A DNA stretch of 64,000 nt from Balanoglossus misakiensis (taxonomy: Eukaryota > Animalia > Hemichordata), in the NCBI GenBank assembly GCA_040954595.2, contig CM082576.2:5554760-5618759 (forward strand), given 5' to 3'. Both the position numbers and the translations under genes were made by a program. The notes beneath the pieces are model-generated. The model did not search any database, was not told the origin of the DNA, and saw only the letters and a list, made by a program, of their open reading frames with translations. Numbering within the stretch: position 1 is the first letter of the stretch; each line of letters begins with the position of its first letter. Below, piece by piece: positions 1 through 19,885 of this stretch.

Positions 1-623
1 CTTTCAAAGAATCTAAGGAAAGGCGTGATTTAGAAAAAAATTCTGTCGACAACTGAGAAGGGGATGCCCTGAATATTTAACAGCACAATGTGATATTTCT
101 GTGTGTACATAAAAAACCACATACAATCTCTTGCAATGCCCTCGGGGTATGCATAGTTACATTTGTACTCAAGTAGCATGTGGGCCAAGATCTGCACAAA
201 ATTGTTAGAATTCAACCAGTCAAAATGACTTCAGTTCCACCAATTCCCAACGGGATACTGATGCAATGCAAAAGCTTTAGTTTGTCGTCTTTGCAGGAAG
301 ATGACATCAGTGAACTACTGATGCAAAACTAAATGATGGGTTTACAGTCGCATGTAGCTTTAGTAAATATTACCATGGTTACCAGTGCATCTCACATTTT
401 ACTCTTTAATGTAAAAGGATCTAAAAACCAGCGCTTTCTTCTGCTGTCACTTTCACTCAATGTGCATGAGTAAACATGCACATAGAAATGTACATATTCC
501 TATCATATATTTATGCTTTTATTTTTGGTCAATTCCTTGGATTTTTGTGTGTGTTCATAAGAACACTGTACAGTAGCAGTCAGTGTGACCCACTTCATTC
601 CAATGCAGGCCTTCTGTACTTAC

Positions 624-2371
624 TTGGTAACAGCTAAGGCTTTGATCATCCTCTTGCCTTCTCGTAGTGTAAATGGTCTCTTGTATTTCAGTGTTGTTTT
701 GTTGAGTACTCGCTGGAACGGATCAGGCTTTGTGCCATTGGTTGTGTAGAAGATTTCCACGCCAGGTGTCTCTGAGAATACATTTAAATTACACAGTAAA
801 TAGGGTTGTCCAGGAAACATTAAAATTGAGGTTACAAGTGAGTGATTTTTTAAATGGTGCAAATTTGATAGAATTAGGTTGCGAATGATACTGCCAGCGA
901 TTCACTGGGATTAACAGGCTATTCTCCGTTTCAATTTCAAATAAGGATACTGTGGCCGCTTTCGTTCTGAGTGAATGCCAATTTCTGAAACAGGGAAACA
1001 TGACCCATTTGCGGAGAACATTATCCACTTTTCATACTGACAGAACAACAGTGACATGCACACAGCTCCCTTCTGAAAACTGTGTCAACTACAAAAGAAG
1101 CAGCCAAGCGTCGCAAACTGCAGGCATAGTGACATCAATCGTGTCGTGAATTTCCTTTATTAAGCGGATCTCAAAACAATTGGGGTGACATTTTCTATAA
1201 AATTCAACTGTGGCAATTTGCTGCCAGTTCAACTGGAAAAAGCTTAGCTACATGTTTTTGTTGGGATGGGAGGAAGAATTATTAAATACGGATAAAGTAC
1301 AAATGGGCGAGGGATCAGTACATTGTATATTATCAGGTTATATCCATACATGAGTCTATTCATATTCCATGGTCAAGGACATGATTGTATAGAGGTAGAA
1401 TTGACAACTCTGAGGACACAGATTAAGAAATCACCATCAAAATACAATGCCTTGATAACAAAATATAAACACTTTTAACCAGAGAAAACCTAGTACCGGC
1501 TGAGTTTTGGTCTTTCTAAAAGGTTTCTGTGATAACCAGGGGAAGTTGGGCTAAATAATTAGAACACTGCTTTAATTCAAACAGTAGTATAAACCCTGAC
1601 TAGTTGGCCCGGCTACAGACAGTCATTGTTTGTCAAGTTATTGTCATTCTTATACAACTAGGTGTATAGGATGGTGGCAATTCTGGCCTCTGCTAGAAGC
1701 CAAATACCATGATTGCTAGACAGCCTTGGTGAATAAATCAAACAATTTCCCAGTGGGCTTAAATTTATGTAGCTAGGATCTATATAAGGGTTTATTGTGA
1801 GGACGCCTGGAATGTACTATGAATGTCATGTGTATCAAAGCTTTTTGCTTGCTCATTGGTGTGTAAACCACATCCATAGGCAGAAATATAATACAACTTG
1901 GAAGTTTTATTGAAGAGCAGCCATTTGTAAACTCTGAACTTGAGTGATATAGGAAATTACGCACGGTCACTCAATGTGACTGAATGGTACCAGGAAGCAA
2001 TAAAAATTGAGTCTGCATATATCTACTGAGTTTCTGTATGAAAATCTAACAAGAATGACTTCTGAGGTTTGCAAAACCTACATGTAACAACTCAGAAAAC
2101 TGAAATATAGACCGAATAGAAAACACATTTGTACAAGCTGTTTCCCATTTATTCAATCTAAATAGACCCAAAATGGCATCTTGTCACTTCTGATTTGTAT
2201 TTTTTTGGTAACAGAAATTACTTTCCTTTACTTTCCTTGGAATAATAGGCATAGTTTCTTACCTGACTTGATATCGATGAAGGTATTTGTATCTATGTGT
2301 GAACTTGTGGTGCCCAGCAATGGAGGCCTGAGGGGCACTATGAGAGGCGTTGCTATGGCACCAGCTGACAT
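624..2371 (-). CDS. DZANK1: Double zinc ribbon and ankyrin repeat protein 1, first two coding exons (2371-2263, 771-624); the gene continues off the left edge
   Basis: The spliced translation MSAGAIATPLIVPLRPP...IDTNTFIDIKS|ETPGVEIFYTTNGTKPDPF...KYKRPFTLREGKRMIKALAVTK matches the DZANK1 N-terminal Fn3-like domain. GT-AG boundaries are in phase. Confidence 0.9.
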
Positions 2372-3799
2372 TGTTGACAGAAATAACTGACAAACAAAAT
2401 TAACAATATCAGTCCACTCTGGTCCTGCAAGAAAAAACAAATAATATTACAGGTTCCTTTTTTTCTCTAGAGCATACTTTCCAGTCAACAAAACGAATTT
2501 TAGTTTGATCGAAATTAAATTTTGTTTTTAATAGATATATATATATAAGATAGGGAAATGAGAATTTTAATTACAATTTTACAGGTATTTTGTTACCATA
2601 TACTAGTGTTATACACCAAATATCAGATTTAACATAACCATAAAATATAAAGTGGTACCCGCAATGCAAACAGCCACAGGGATAAAAGTCCTTCCAACAG
2701 ACAAAAAGGTATTGAATTTTTCATGGTGAGTGAAGAAAATGAAAATAAACTACCAGGGTACGTTTAACATTTTAAAAACCTCCTAAATAAATATGCTGTA
2801 AAATTTATGAGAGTGATCCACCTGTACCCAACAAATTATTCCTTGCAGGAAATTGAGTCAGTAATAAATATTTACGAGTTATTTCACTTTATTTGCACAT
2901 CTACTGATAAACTACCTGATTAAATTCCATTAACCGATTTCAATATATTACCACTCCAAAGCAGTGGGAAGTTTCAGGTAACACTGGTAAAACTATGTCA
3001 ATATTAGTAAGTATGATACACAAAATTGAAATTAGAATTTTATAACAAGTATTGTTATTTCAGTTTTGTTTATCATACAAAATGCAAGTTGCACTGCAAT
3101 TAAATCATTTACATTTGTTGAGCAGTATGTACACAATAATTTGATGTCAAGGTGATAATTTCTTTGGTGTATCCTCAGTGATGTATTGTTCGAAAAGACC
3201 GTTATTGGTCTGTGGCATTGCATTGTGCGGGTTGGGACCTCCACCGCGAGCCAATGAATAAATCTCTATGAAATTTACACAGATGGTGGGGGAAATAATA
3301 ATTGATACTTTGCTGTGCGTCGTGCTGTGAGACAGCAAATGACATATGAAGTGCTGAAATATCTAGAAAATGAATTTTAAAATGATCAGGTCGTGAATGA
3401 CACATCAGGAAAAGTGAATCATGAATGCGTAGAATATACATCACTGACGACCGACTGTCCGAAATAAAACTCCTGATATTTTGTTAATTTTTACAAGAGA
3501 TCGCCAGGATATTATTAAATTATAATATATATAAGTGACGAATCAATGACAGAGATAATGTAAAACACGGCGAAATAATACTGTGTTGCACTATTTTACA
3601 CGCCTTGTCCTGAATGTTACTACAAACACCGTATGATTCTATGAGGGATAAAGTGCAAAAGCGAAATATGCTGCAAGGATCGATCACTATGTGGACGACT
3701 GAAATGTACACATACCACACGATCGTTACCTCAGAGTTCGAGCTTTCTCCTTTCCTGACGCTACGATCTCCGTATGGTGTTAATTCCCCCTTCTGAAAC

Positions 3800-3975
3800 A
3801 CTTGGTCACGGGATTTCGGCGCCGATCGCGTATGATCAAACAGCTGACAGCCGCCGCACAACTTTCGGCGTGGTTGCTAGCATAACAAAGTCAAGCAATG
3901 TGATTGTAAACGCGGTCAATGGGCGGGGACATCAAACATGTTTGGTCAATGTTTCCTCCAATTATTTACCTCAGG
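3800..3975. promoter_or_regulatory. Probable bidirectional DZANK1/L3HYPDH promoter
   Basis: CpG-rich patch between the divergent genes. It holds an X-box-like GTTGCTAGCATAAC (3873-3886), a GC box GGGCGGGG (3921-3928) and a + strand donor CAG|GTGAGA at 3974/3975 suggesting a non-coding first exon. Confidence 0.55.
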
Positions 3976-4384
3976 TGAGAATCATCTGATTTCACTGTAA
4001 TTATTTTATTGCTTGTATTTTTTGTAATGCCAGTCTTCCGGCTGGGAAGTCGTTATACATAAATATAACAATTTTCTTTTTCAATATTCATCTTTACTAA
4101 TTAATTTACAACATCTAAAGTAGTGGCTAAGTTTCTGTGTGTGCACTCTAACACTCTGGAGTACGTGTTATAATCTGTGCAATTTCTCGTGAATCTTCAT
4201 GCTTTTAGAACCACAGTTAAACACATTTATAAAGTGGGTGAAATGCACGCGAAAAATATTTAATTGCTTCGAAGTTCGAAGTAATGCTTGGGAAAACTGC
4301 TTCCATATCAACTTTCCTCCAGTCCCCCCCCCCCCCCCCCCCCCCCCATCAAATGGGTAACGCCCACATTAGGACAAAAACGCT

Positions 4385-5943
4385 ATGGAAGCCGTTGACA
4401 GAACGACGCTCCAAGAATGCCCCCAAATAGGTGGGGTGGATTGTGGTCTCAGAATATCTACGGTAGAAATGCATACAGGGGGAGAACCTCTACGCATCAT
4501 CACATCGGGTTTTCCAACTGTTGAGGGCGAGACGATCTTGCAGAAGCGGAGATACGTGACTGAAAACTTGGACCATCTGCGGAAGTGCTTGATGTTCGAA
4601 CCGAGGGGACATTTTGATATGTACGGAGCCCTTCTAGTCAAGCCAGACCTGGCTGAAGCTGATATAGCGGTGCTGTTCATGCACAACGAGGGTTACAGCA
4701 CTATGTGCGGCCATGCAGTCATTGCTCTTGGCAGATATGCCATTGACCATGGATTCGTGAAGGCCACGGAACCAGAAACGAATGTCAATATACAATGTCC
4801 GTGTGGCCTTGTGAGGGCGCGAGTCAACTACCAGGACGGAAAGAGTGGCGCTGTCAGTTTTGTCAGTGTTCCAGCATTTGTTTTTGCCACCGGTAGGTGG
4901 GGGTATTTGCAATCAATGCATTAGAATTAAACCTTTCATGTAAAATGCATAAAGTTTTATAAATGTAGAAATCAAATAACAGTAGACAAATACTATACAT
5001 ATATTTTATTCTGCCTTCCCATGTGATTCATCAAGAAACGTGAGCAATTCAGAATGCTATAAATGTAATATAAAGCATATGTACAAATAACAGTAAAAGT
5101 TTTTCAGACCAAGTAATGGGTCACATGACAAGTGAGACAACATTTATAAATTAAGATATACTTTGTTATTTCAGACATCGAAGTTCAGGTTGAAGGTCAT
5201 GGCAAAGTCAAAGTTGACATCAGTTATGGTGGAGCTTTCTACGCGTTTGTTTCCGCTGAAAAGTTTGGTTTAGATGTACGCAAGTCAGAAGCCAAGAAAC
5301 TCAAAGAGGTTGCAACAGCAGTGTCCATCGCTGTGAAGAAGACAGTGAAACTAGAACATCCAGACAGCCAGGATCTGGCTTTTCTCTACGGCACAATTCT
5401 TACTGATGGCAAAGACCAGTATGGCAATGAACCAACAGCAAATGTTTGTGTCTTTGCTGATGAACAGGTACGGAAATCAGTCCAATGGAATTATGTTACA
5501 TTTTTAACAATGACCCAGGTACCAACATTTTACTACAGTACAGATAGGAAGATTAGTGAATACTGATAGTTGAATTTCACTGCATATGACATACATGTAT
5601 ATAGAATATTATATGAAAAGTCTGTTGAAACACATTAAAGTACGGTATGTGATCCAGGAATTCTTTCATGTTTTCTCAGGTTGACAGATCTCCCACGGGG
5701 TCAGGGGTCACTGCCAGGATTGCCTTGCAGCACCACAAAGGTCAAATCGCCCTGAATCAAACCAGGGTTTTTGAAAGCGGCACTACAGGGTCAAAGTTCA
5801 CAGGCAAGGCGGTCAGTCAGACCAAATGCGGCCGGTTTGATGCCGTCACCGTGGAAGTATCCGGTCAGGCGTACTACACAGGCAAGAACACGTTCACAGT
5901 GGAGGAAGATGATCCGTTGAAAAAGGGATTTATTGTGAAGTAA
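4385..5943 (+). CDS. L3HYPDH: trans-3-hydroxy-L-proline dehydratase (proline racemase family), 3 exons: 4385-4892, 5175-5467, 5680-5943; 354 aa
   Basis: Motifs MHTGGEPLRI, EPRGHFDMYG, MCGH and DRSPTGSG. The Cys/Thr catalytic pair marks the dehydratase rather than a Cys/Cys racemase. Exon phases are consistent. Confidence 0.95.
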
Positions 5944-6159
5944 TGACTTTGTATGGAATTAATCTTCAATAATGTAATAATGTAATAAAGAAGAGGCATA
6001 ACTTCTTTGCATGGCAGTCTTAACCTTGGCAGTGGTTCACAGAATTTGAGATTTCTTTTTACAATGCTTTCCCAAGCAAACTTTGAGGGTCACTCCTTCT
6101 GCTGTCCAGGATGAAGCTTCCCCCCAAAAGTGAAGGTCCTATACATGGACAACATCTGA

Positions 6160-12654
<6,495 letters not shown>

Positions 12655-12979
12655 CCTGAAATTAAACTGAAAGCACTTTCCATCACTTGAGTCTGCCATT
12701 CAATGTACTGACATGGCTTGTTTCAAGCATCTATCATATTATCGCCATCAAAAGATATAAGATTTTTCCACGACCAGAAAACTAGAAGTCAGGAGAACTT
12801 TTTTGGGCATGTACACATTACAATGTTTACAAGTTACATGACCCGAAGTGAACTCTCATTCAATTACAAAAAAGTGCTACAAAAAGCATCGATTCAGAAA
12901 GAAACGGAATTATTTTATCCATACATCTACATTCTGTAATTATTGAGTCCATCCATCCCAACTTCTGATGAGAACTCAG

Positions 12980-13070
12980 TTTTCGGTTTTCGAGCGTCGC
13001 GCGTCTCTTGCACTTCCGGTTTATCCTCTGGGGTCAGAGGTCAACTGAAGTCGGGGAAGCAGACAAGAAA
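12980..13070. promoter_or_regulatory. Bidirectional MCM8/GMF promoter
   Basis: CpG cluster, ETS-type CACTTCCGG (13011-13019) and DR1 nuclear-receptor element GGGTCA-G-AGGTCA (13031-13043) between the divergent genes. Confidence 0.6.
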
Positions 13071-15214
13071 ATGGTGGGTGTTTCCCTATCTTTGTATTTA
13101 CTGATCCAGGAGTGTAAATATAGGTGATATTGAGTTTTTAGCAACACATGACAAGACAAAACCTTACACAGTCACGATTTACCACATTAGTTCATTTCAC
13201 CGAGAGATCAAGCAAGGGAGATCGCCTTGGGAATGGCTGGGTCGAAATACACTGGGCAAACTTTATGAAGCCATTGATGGTCAAAATCATTGGCCTGGCC
13301 CTGGGGACCATCTGCTTTGTATCAGATGCTGTTGTGGGGAAATATTTTTATTGTCACAGTTGTATTGAAAATATTGTTGTTGCGTATGTTACGTAGCTAA
13401 ATGGTGAAATTGTTGCATGAAACAGTTATTATCTGACACTGTGACAGCTGGTGTCAACTTAAAAGAAAATATGAATATCTCAATAAAAATAAGAATGCAT
13501 GTGTGTGATGATATTTTCAAGTGTAAATTTCGTCAGTTACAAACACAAGGAGCAGAGATATGATTCAGCTCCCAAGTACACACAGACTTGCTGATGTCTT
13601 CATAGCCTTACGATCGAGTATGCCTGCACCGCCTTCATGAGTGCCGGGTCTTTGTGAAGATTTTTTCAGTCATATAAATAAATGTTAGACAGTTATTGAA
13701 GCTGTTTAACTACACCATTATACAGAATTATATAGATCATTTTTTTTATCTTTCAGGCTGGAGGTGTCAAAGTATGTGATGTGGATGAAGAGTTAAAAGG
13801 AATTTTAAAGAAATTCCGTTTTCGTAAAGCAACAAACAATGCAGCAATTGTCAGTAAGTATAAAGTTGAATGTAAGTTGTTTTGAAGAAAATTTACTGCT
13901 GTGTGTTAGTCCATTGATGTCCATTCTCATATCATTGTGGATGTGGTAATCTTAACTAATATGGATAATATATTCTTGTTCGAATAGTGAAAATTGACAG
14001 GGAGTCATTGATGGTGAAATTTGATGAGGAATTTGAGGTAAGAGCGCTTATTCAAATAACTTTCACCAACTTATTACTCTTTTCTGCGTGTCTACATTTT
14101 CTAATCTTCTAATCTTGCATTTCCGGCATATGGCATTTTCTTCCAGAGTTTGAGAGTCCATCCCAAGGGTATATATGATACAAATGTACTAGTAATGGTG
14201 GTGGTAACTGGGTTAAATGTTACTGTGGTATTCAGGCAGAAAATTTTACATGATTCAAGATTGAGACTAGAGAACATTTGTTTGTGATATACACACAGGA
14301 TTGTTCTTTGGAAGATCTTCAAGATGAAATACCATCATCTCAGCCGAGATTTCTCCTGTACAGTTACTGCTACACGCATGGTGATGGAAGGGTTTCTTAC
14401 CCACTGGTGTTTATATTTGTCTCTCCACAAGGTAAACCGAGAGCTTTCTGTTCAGTTTGCAAATAGCATGCCTTGCCCTTCAGGGTTTTGTGTGTGCCCC
14501 TTGATATCCATATTATTAAAGTATAGGGTCTGCCATGCCAGTGCTGACTTTTACTTCAAGGTAATGAGCACAGTGACTGGGTAACTCTATGCTGTTCCCT
14601 GTTTCATGCACACACACACGCTTGACAAACTTGATATACAGTATTCTGCTGTACTGTTGCCCTGTATAAAAAAATTATCATGTACATGTATGAGTGAACA
14701 ACTGTTGCATAGCAAGTTAAAGAACTGTTGAAATTTATCACCTGTAGGTTCCAAACCAGAGCTTCACATGATGTATGCAGGAAGTAAACTGCAAGTTGTA
14801 CAAGAGACAGGTTTAACCAAGGTGAGAATGCATGTGTGATGTTCCCTGATTAAAAGAAATAATCAAATACTAATATCGAAGAAGATACTGGAAACTAGAC
14901 TATCACCACGTACTTGCTCGTAAATGTCAAATTTCTACTCTCGGATGAATTAATTAGTTTTGTAAAATTAGAAACAACTTCCTTGTCCTTGGTAGACTGT
15001 GAATCAACCAATCAAAAATATTCTTCTTCAGTGTCTTCTGATTTTCATATGGAAATTTTTTTATAACTGTCTAATGAGAATGAGATGCACGATTTCCATC
15101 CTGTTATTGATATTCACCTCTCACATACTTTGCAAATTTCAGGTTTTTGAGGTTCGCCAAGTGGATGAATTGACCGAAGAATGGCTGAAACAAAAACTGG
15201 AACTCTTTCGCTAG
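13071..15214 (+). CDS. GMF: Glia maturation factor (ADF-H family), exons 13071-13073, 13757-13853, 13988-14037, 14299-14431, 14748-14821, 15143-15214; 142 aa
   Basis: Translation M|[24 protein letters not shown]...QPRFLLYSY...[17 protein letters not shown]...MMYAGSK...[14 protein letters not shown]. The first coding exon is inferred to contribute only the ATG. Confidence 0.94.
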
Positions 15215-16348
15215 TCTGTACTTCAACACAACAGTCATGTGTGTTTTTTATCCATGTTTATAATGTCCCAGCACCAGTGCACTGGGAAGACAAGATCTTA
15301 TTCGGAGAAAACTGAAATAGCCCAGATTTTATGAATATTAAAGGCAGACGAGCTTTTGAACATACTCAAGTAATTCTGGAAAGAGACATCAGTGGAAAAT
15401 GGCTTAACTAGAAGGACTGAACTCTGTGAATATTTACAGTTGTTCTGGTATTTGTTTTCTATTACTATTATTATTTACTACCAAAACATTGGTTCTGCCA
15501 AAAATTATTGAAGAATTTCTAACTGTACCCGGTAGACATCGGATATACAATCAATAATATCCTCATCCATCTACAGTACCAACACTTTCAACTAGCCAGG
15601 GTTTCATATTTAAATTACTACCTAAAATCATGCACTTAGAAGTAAATATGAAAGTAAGGCAAAACTAACAGGGGCTTTGGAATGGGCAGAAAAACTGACA
15701 GAATGAGACTGAAGCAGGGGATGGAGATTTTGAAAATCAAATCTCAATTTTATAAAAGGTTTCAATGTAATGTTTAAAGAAAGCAATTTTTTAGCATTTG
15801 TCATTTATCCCTGAAATCATGTGGTTGATGAAAACTCGTGCTTTTTATAGTGTGCTGTGTACTTGTCATGTTCAAACCATTGTCACAGTTGTCGGTAGTA
15901 GGGCATTCAATGTATTCTCATTCAACTGCTTCAGTGTCCCATTCAAAGTGCAATTTATACTCTCAAATGTGTGTCTGGCTGCTTAAAAGACTCGCCAAAT
16001 GTCAACATTTAGTGGTCATTTTCAACATGATTTTTTTCCATCTGCCTGCCAAATATTTGTTGATTCCACAAATGTCATTACGCTGCAAGCAAGTGACTGT
16101 GATAATGTTTTCAATATGGTTGCTTCAGAGGGCAGAATTGGAAGGGCTGTCTTCCAAATTTGATTTGCACTGAAGCTCGATCACCACATATTCACAATTA
16201 TTCTTGAGGCGTTCTTGTGGATGTCAATGTGCTGTAACACCATTTATGTATATTTCATTGAGAAAAAAAATTCATCTTGGATATAGTATGTTGACTGATT
16301 AATGTAATGTCATTCCATATGCTAAATTTTACATGCATAAAACATGAT

Positions 16349-16424
16349 AATAAATCTTTCAGAAAACACACTTTTCCTTCAAAAGAGTCTTTCAGTCATT
16401 ATAAAGTTATTCAAAACATTTATT
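16349..16424. terminator. Facing poly(A) signals of GMF (+, AATAAA 16349-16354) and CNIH (-, AATAAA 16424-16419)
   Basis: Canonical hexamers on opposite strands between the two convergent 3' UTRs. Confidence 0.5.
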
Positions 16425-17823
16425 CAGAAACGCATTGAGCTTACACCTACAAAAATGACTGGACAATATCTAGGTTCTCAATAAAAATGCTGCTGTCAAA
16501 ATTCACATCTACATGTATACTATCCTACATAATCACTTTTACTGAAAAAAATATTACTGTTTCAATTCGGGATGTGAAATTAAGTATGCTGTGACAAGGC
16601 AGGGACTTTAAAAAAGGACAATTAATTGTGTACACCCAAATTTTTTTCTTTCCACAGGAATTTGCACCTTGTTATAAGCAGTACTTTCAACATTTCTTGA
16701 TTACATGTCACCACATTCTTTCGTTTGTTCATTTACATACGGTATCAGCCTCACATGCAAGACTACATGTACCTAGGATAATTACTTGACCCTGCAGACA
16801 CACTCGGCATTACTCTTCAAGCTGCATGAACTAGAAGTGCCTGGATGTCATTGCACGCAGAACAATGCAATTCTTTTTTGTAGCATGTTCTCATGGCAAC
16901 AGCTACGCCTCAGACAACATCAACACTGGATAGCGTAGAAATTATTTCGTTTGAAAAATTGCCATCCTGTTTGTAAGTGAAATATGAAAATTCACATCAC
17001 AGTGACAAATCTCATATTCATTCTCATAACATTCCAAAGTGATACCATGAATCAGGTTCCTAACAAGCAAAACCATCAATACATAATAAGCAAAAGCTAT
17101 GCTAATAGGAATCATGCTTACTAGGGAACTCAATATACATTGTATTTTAACTTGACTTACCAGATAATTTACTAACATAGTAAATGGAATGACTACTATA
17201 CAAAAATGATTATCAAATATCTTAACTGACCACTACTGTGTCATACACACACTGTAAAATGTATAAAGTACTAAAAATGCCTTTAAAAGTACTCTTATAC
17301 TTTTAAGTTAGCAAGCAGTAAAATGGATGAATTGTGATAAGTGATAGAAGTGTCTTGTCTTAATTTATACTGAGTGGAAAGCCTCATTAGTCTTTGCTGT
17401 CTGATCAAGAAAGGAATTTCATCTGTTGTGAATGGATGCATTTTCCTAGAACAAGTCATGATTACCCTCCCGCAAACAAGTGGGACAGAATTTCCATATA
17501 TAGCTCTTTGCCCATATATGGTCAATAATTTTAATATTCACAATTATAATCACAATTGAAATTTGCATACTTGAACAAGCAGCAAAGAATATCACTGTCA
17601 AGGTTTCAAATCGACGGCAAACTAAAATGCTTGTGCGCCGTTATTAATTTATTCTGCAAAATTGCCGAGATTTCAACCCTTTCACCACTATGGTCCTGTC
17701 AAAATGTATTGTTTTCTGTGGTAAATAAGGTTGGACTTCTCCAGAAGCAACTTGGGGGGGGGGGGTTTAATTTATCTGCAAGATTCTTCATTCACATGTC
17801 CCTTGAATGACACCTATCACTAC

Positions 17824-19885
17824 TTATGAAGTACTTGAAACCAACACATAAATCATGCTGCAAATGAGAAAGAAGCAATGTTATTACATAATAGCAATTT
17901 TACAGTTGCTAACAGTTCATGAGAGAATACAGTAGTAAATATGACAGTTTTACCAAAAGAGACTGCATGGACATGATTGTATGGTATGGCAAAATAAAAT
18001 TTGAAACCTTCTCAAGTGTAAAACAAAAATCTGTATCCATGGGTACAATAGCAATGTTAACGGAGGAGGATCTAAACCATATAGCAAACACAGCAAGATG
18101 AGATGGTTACCCATTCTCTATGACACATGAACACATTTTTTTTCTTACCTGTAGAGGTAGTAGAAGAAGGAGATAAGATAGAAACCCAGTTTGACCCAGC
18201 CTTCTCTCATACATCGAGACAAGACATCATGGTTCATGATTGTTGTAGGATCATACAACCCTGGCTGGCTCATGACTGGACGGTTCGCATACCTGCAACA
18301 AATACAGCAATCTATCAAATTGAATGCTGCAAGCCTAAAACACTGTATTACGTACACATTGCCTTTATTTCATTCAGAAACCAATTAGAATCTTATACGC
18401 AGACAATGCCTGTGTGGGATCATCCTGTGAATGAAGTATTTTAATATAAATACCTCACATCTGCTGCTAAAAACTAAGCACATAAATTAAAATACAATAT
18501 AAAATGGGGGTTGTAAAAGGGCGTTTTTTTTCTATACATACAACTGCCTTATAGTTATGCCCTTCAAAACACTGACCTTTATTTGTAATATTTTAATGCT
18601 GTCTATTCACCACACTGCCTCACATCTGTGTTTTCGAGGCCAGTCTGACATGGGTCACGAATTCATGGATTGCATACTTTACTTTACCTGTAAATGTTAT
18701 AGCCTATAAGAGGCATGTTAAAGGCAACGGTTCCAAACTGAGCAGCAAACAGGAACAAGATGGTGTAGAAAATCTGGATGATATACTCCGGTAACACAAG
18801 CTGCAAGAAAACAGATTGCAACATTAGTGTTTGGAATGATGTTGATAAAAGTTGATGTGACTCATAATTTCTCTCTGAAAAGTCATTCTATCTTCCTAAC
18901 ACATGAGAGATTCTAGCAAATCAGGATACAGCATGAGCTGTGTTTAAATTGTATTTAATGGTTTATACTGCTACTACCAGGGATATAATGTTTTTATACT
19001 CCCTGCATAGGCATGAACTTACTGGATTTAAACTGTTACACTGATCTATGGGATTCTTGTAGTCTGTCTTCAGCTCATCAAATGCAATTATCTGCAATAT
19101 AAGAAAATTATAATTGATCAAAAAAGTCCTTCGACATTCCTGTAAAAAAATGAAAAGGCAACATCTCCCCGATCAGCACGCACAATGCAATGAATATGGT
19201 TTCATGAAAACAAATGTTACAGTGCCTACTTAGCTTAATTAAAACTATGGGTTATTTTATTGTTTCATTGCGAAACAATTAATACCACAGAAAAATGTAG
19301 CAAAAGCGAGAATATTATAACATAATTGAATGGAAATTCACAATAACAAAGGTGTTCATTCTCATGGGACGGCAGGTTAAAACGCAAGACAATCATTCTG
19401 AACACAAAATCATCACAATTACATGCAACCATCCATGACATTTGGCCTCAGCAACACTCTTCCAAGGTCTGTCATGTACAAGCCCAGGGGTACCACATAT
19501 ACGCCTACTCTCAACACAAGCACTTCAACTATCATATAATATTTTGTACAATTGTGTCGTACGAATAATATACATGATAGTAATCATGTGTCAGGTGACA
19601 GTTAGTTTCCTATCTGGTAATTCCACCGTTCATGCAAAATACATGTACATGAAACGGTCGACTCAACTAAAACTGTCAGTCCCTCAGTGTCAGTCAATGG
19701 CGAAAGGCTTCATCATTCATACATGCATTCCATCATGTGTGTCGGGTGCGGTGAGGAAAATTCTACGAGTCGGGATAGGAAAGTGTAGAATATATTATAC
19801 TCACGTGGTATATTGCAAAGAATATCAGCACTGCTGACAATATCATTGCCAAAAGGTAGCACAGCGCAACGAATGTGAACGCCAT
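17824..19885 (-). CDS. CNIH: Cornichon homolog (cni/CNIH1-like), exons 19885-19805, 19091-19023, 18800-18688, 18292-18149, 17857-17824; 146 aa
   Basis: Translation MAFTFVALCYLLAMILSAVLIFFAIYH|IIAFDELKTDYKNPIDQCNSLNP|LVLPEY...RPVMSQPGLYDPTTIMN...EGWVKLGFYLISFFYYLYSMIYVLVSSTS*. Confidence 0.96.

Noticed and set aside
12964-12995. CTGATGAG resembling a hammerhead ribozyme core
   Set aside because: No following stem II plus GAAA and no stems I/III.
13505-13594. C box GTGATGA ... D box CTGA in GMF intron 1, with 8-9 nt complementary to an 18S rRNA segment (CAAGUCUG)
   Set aside because: There is no terminal stem, the guide is too short and the predicted target is not a methylation site I recognise.
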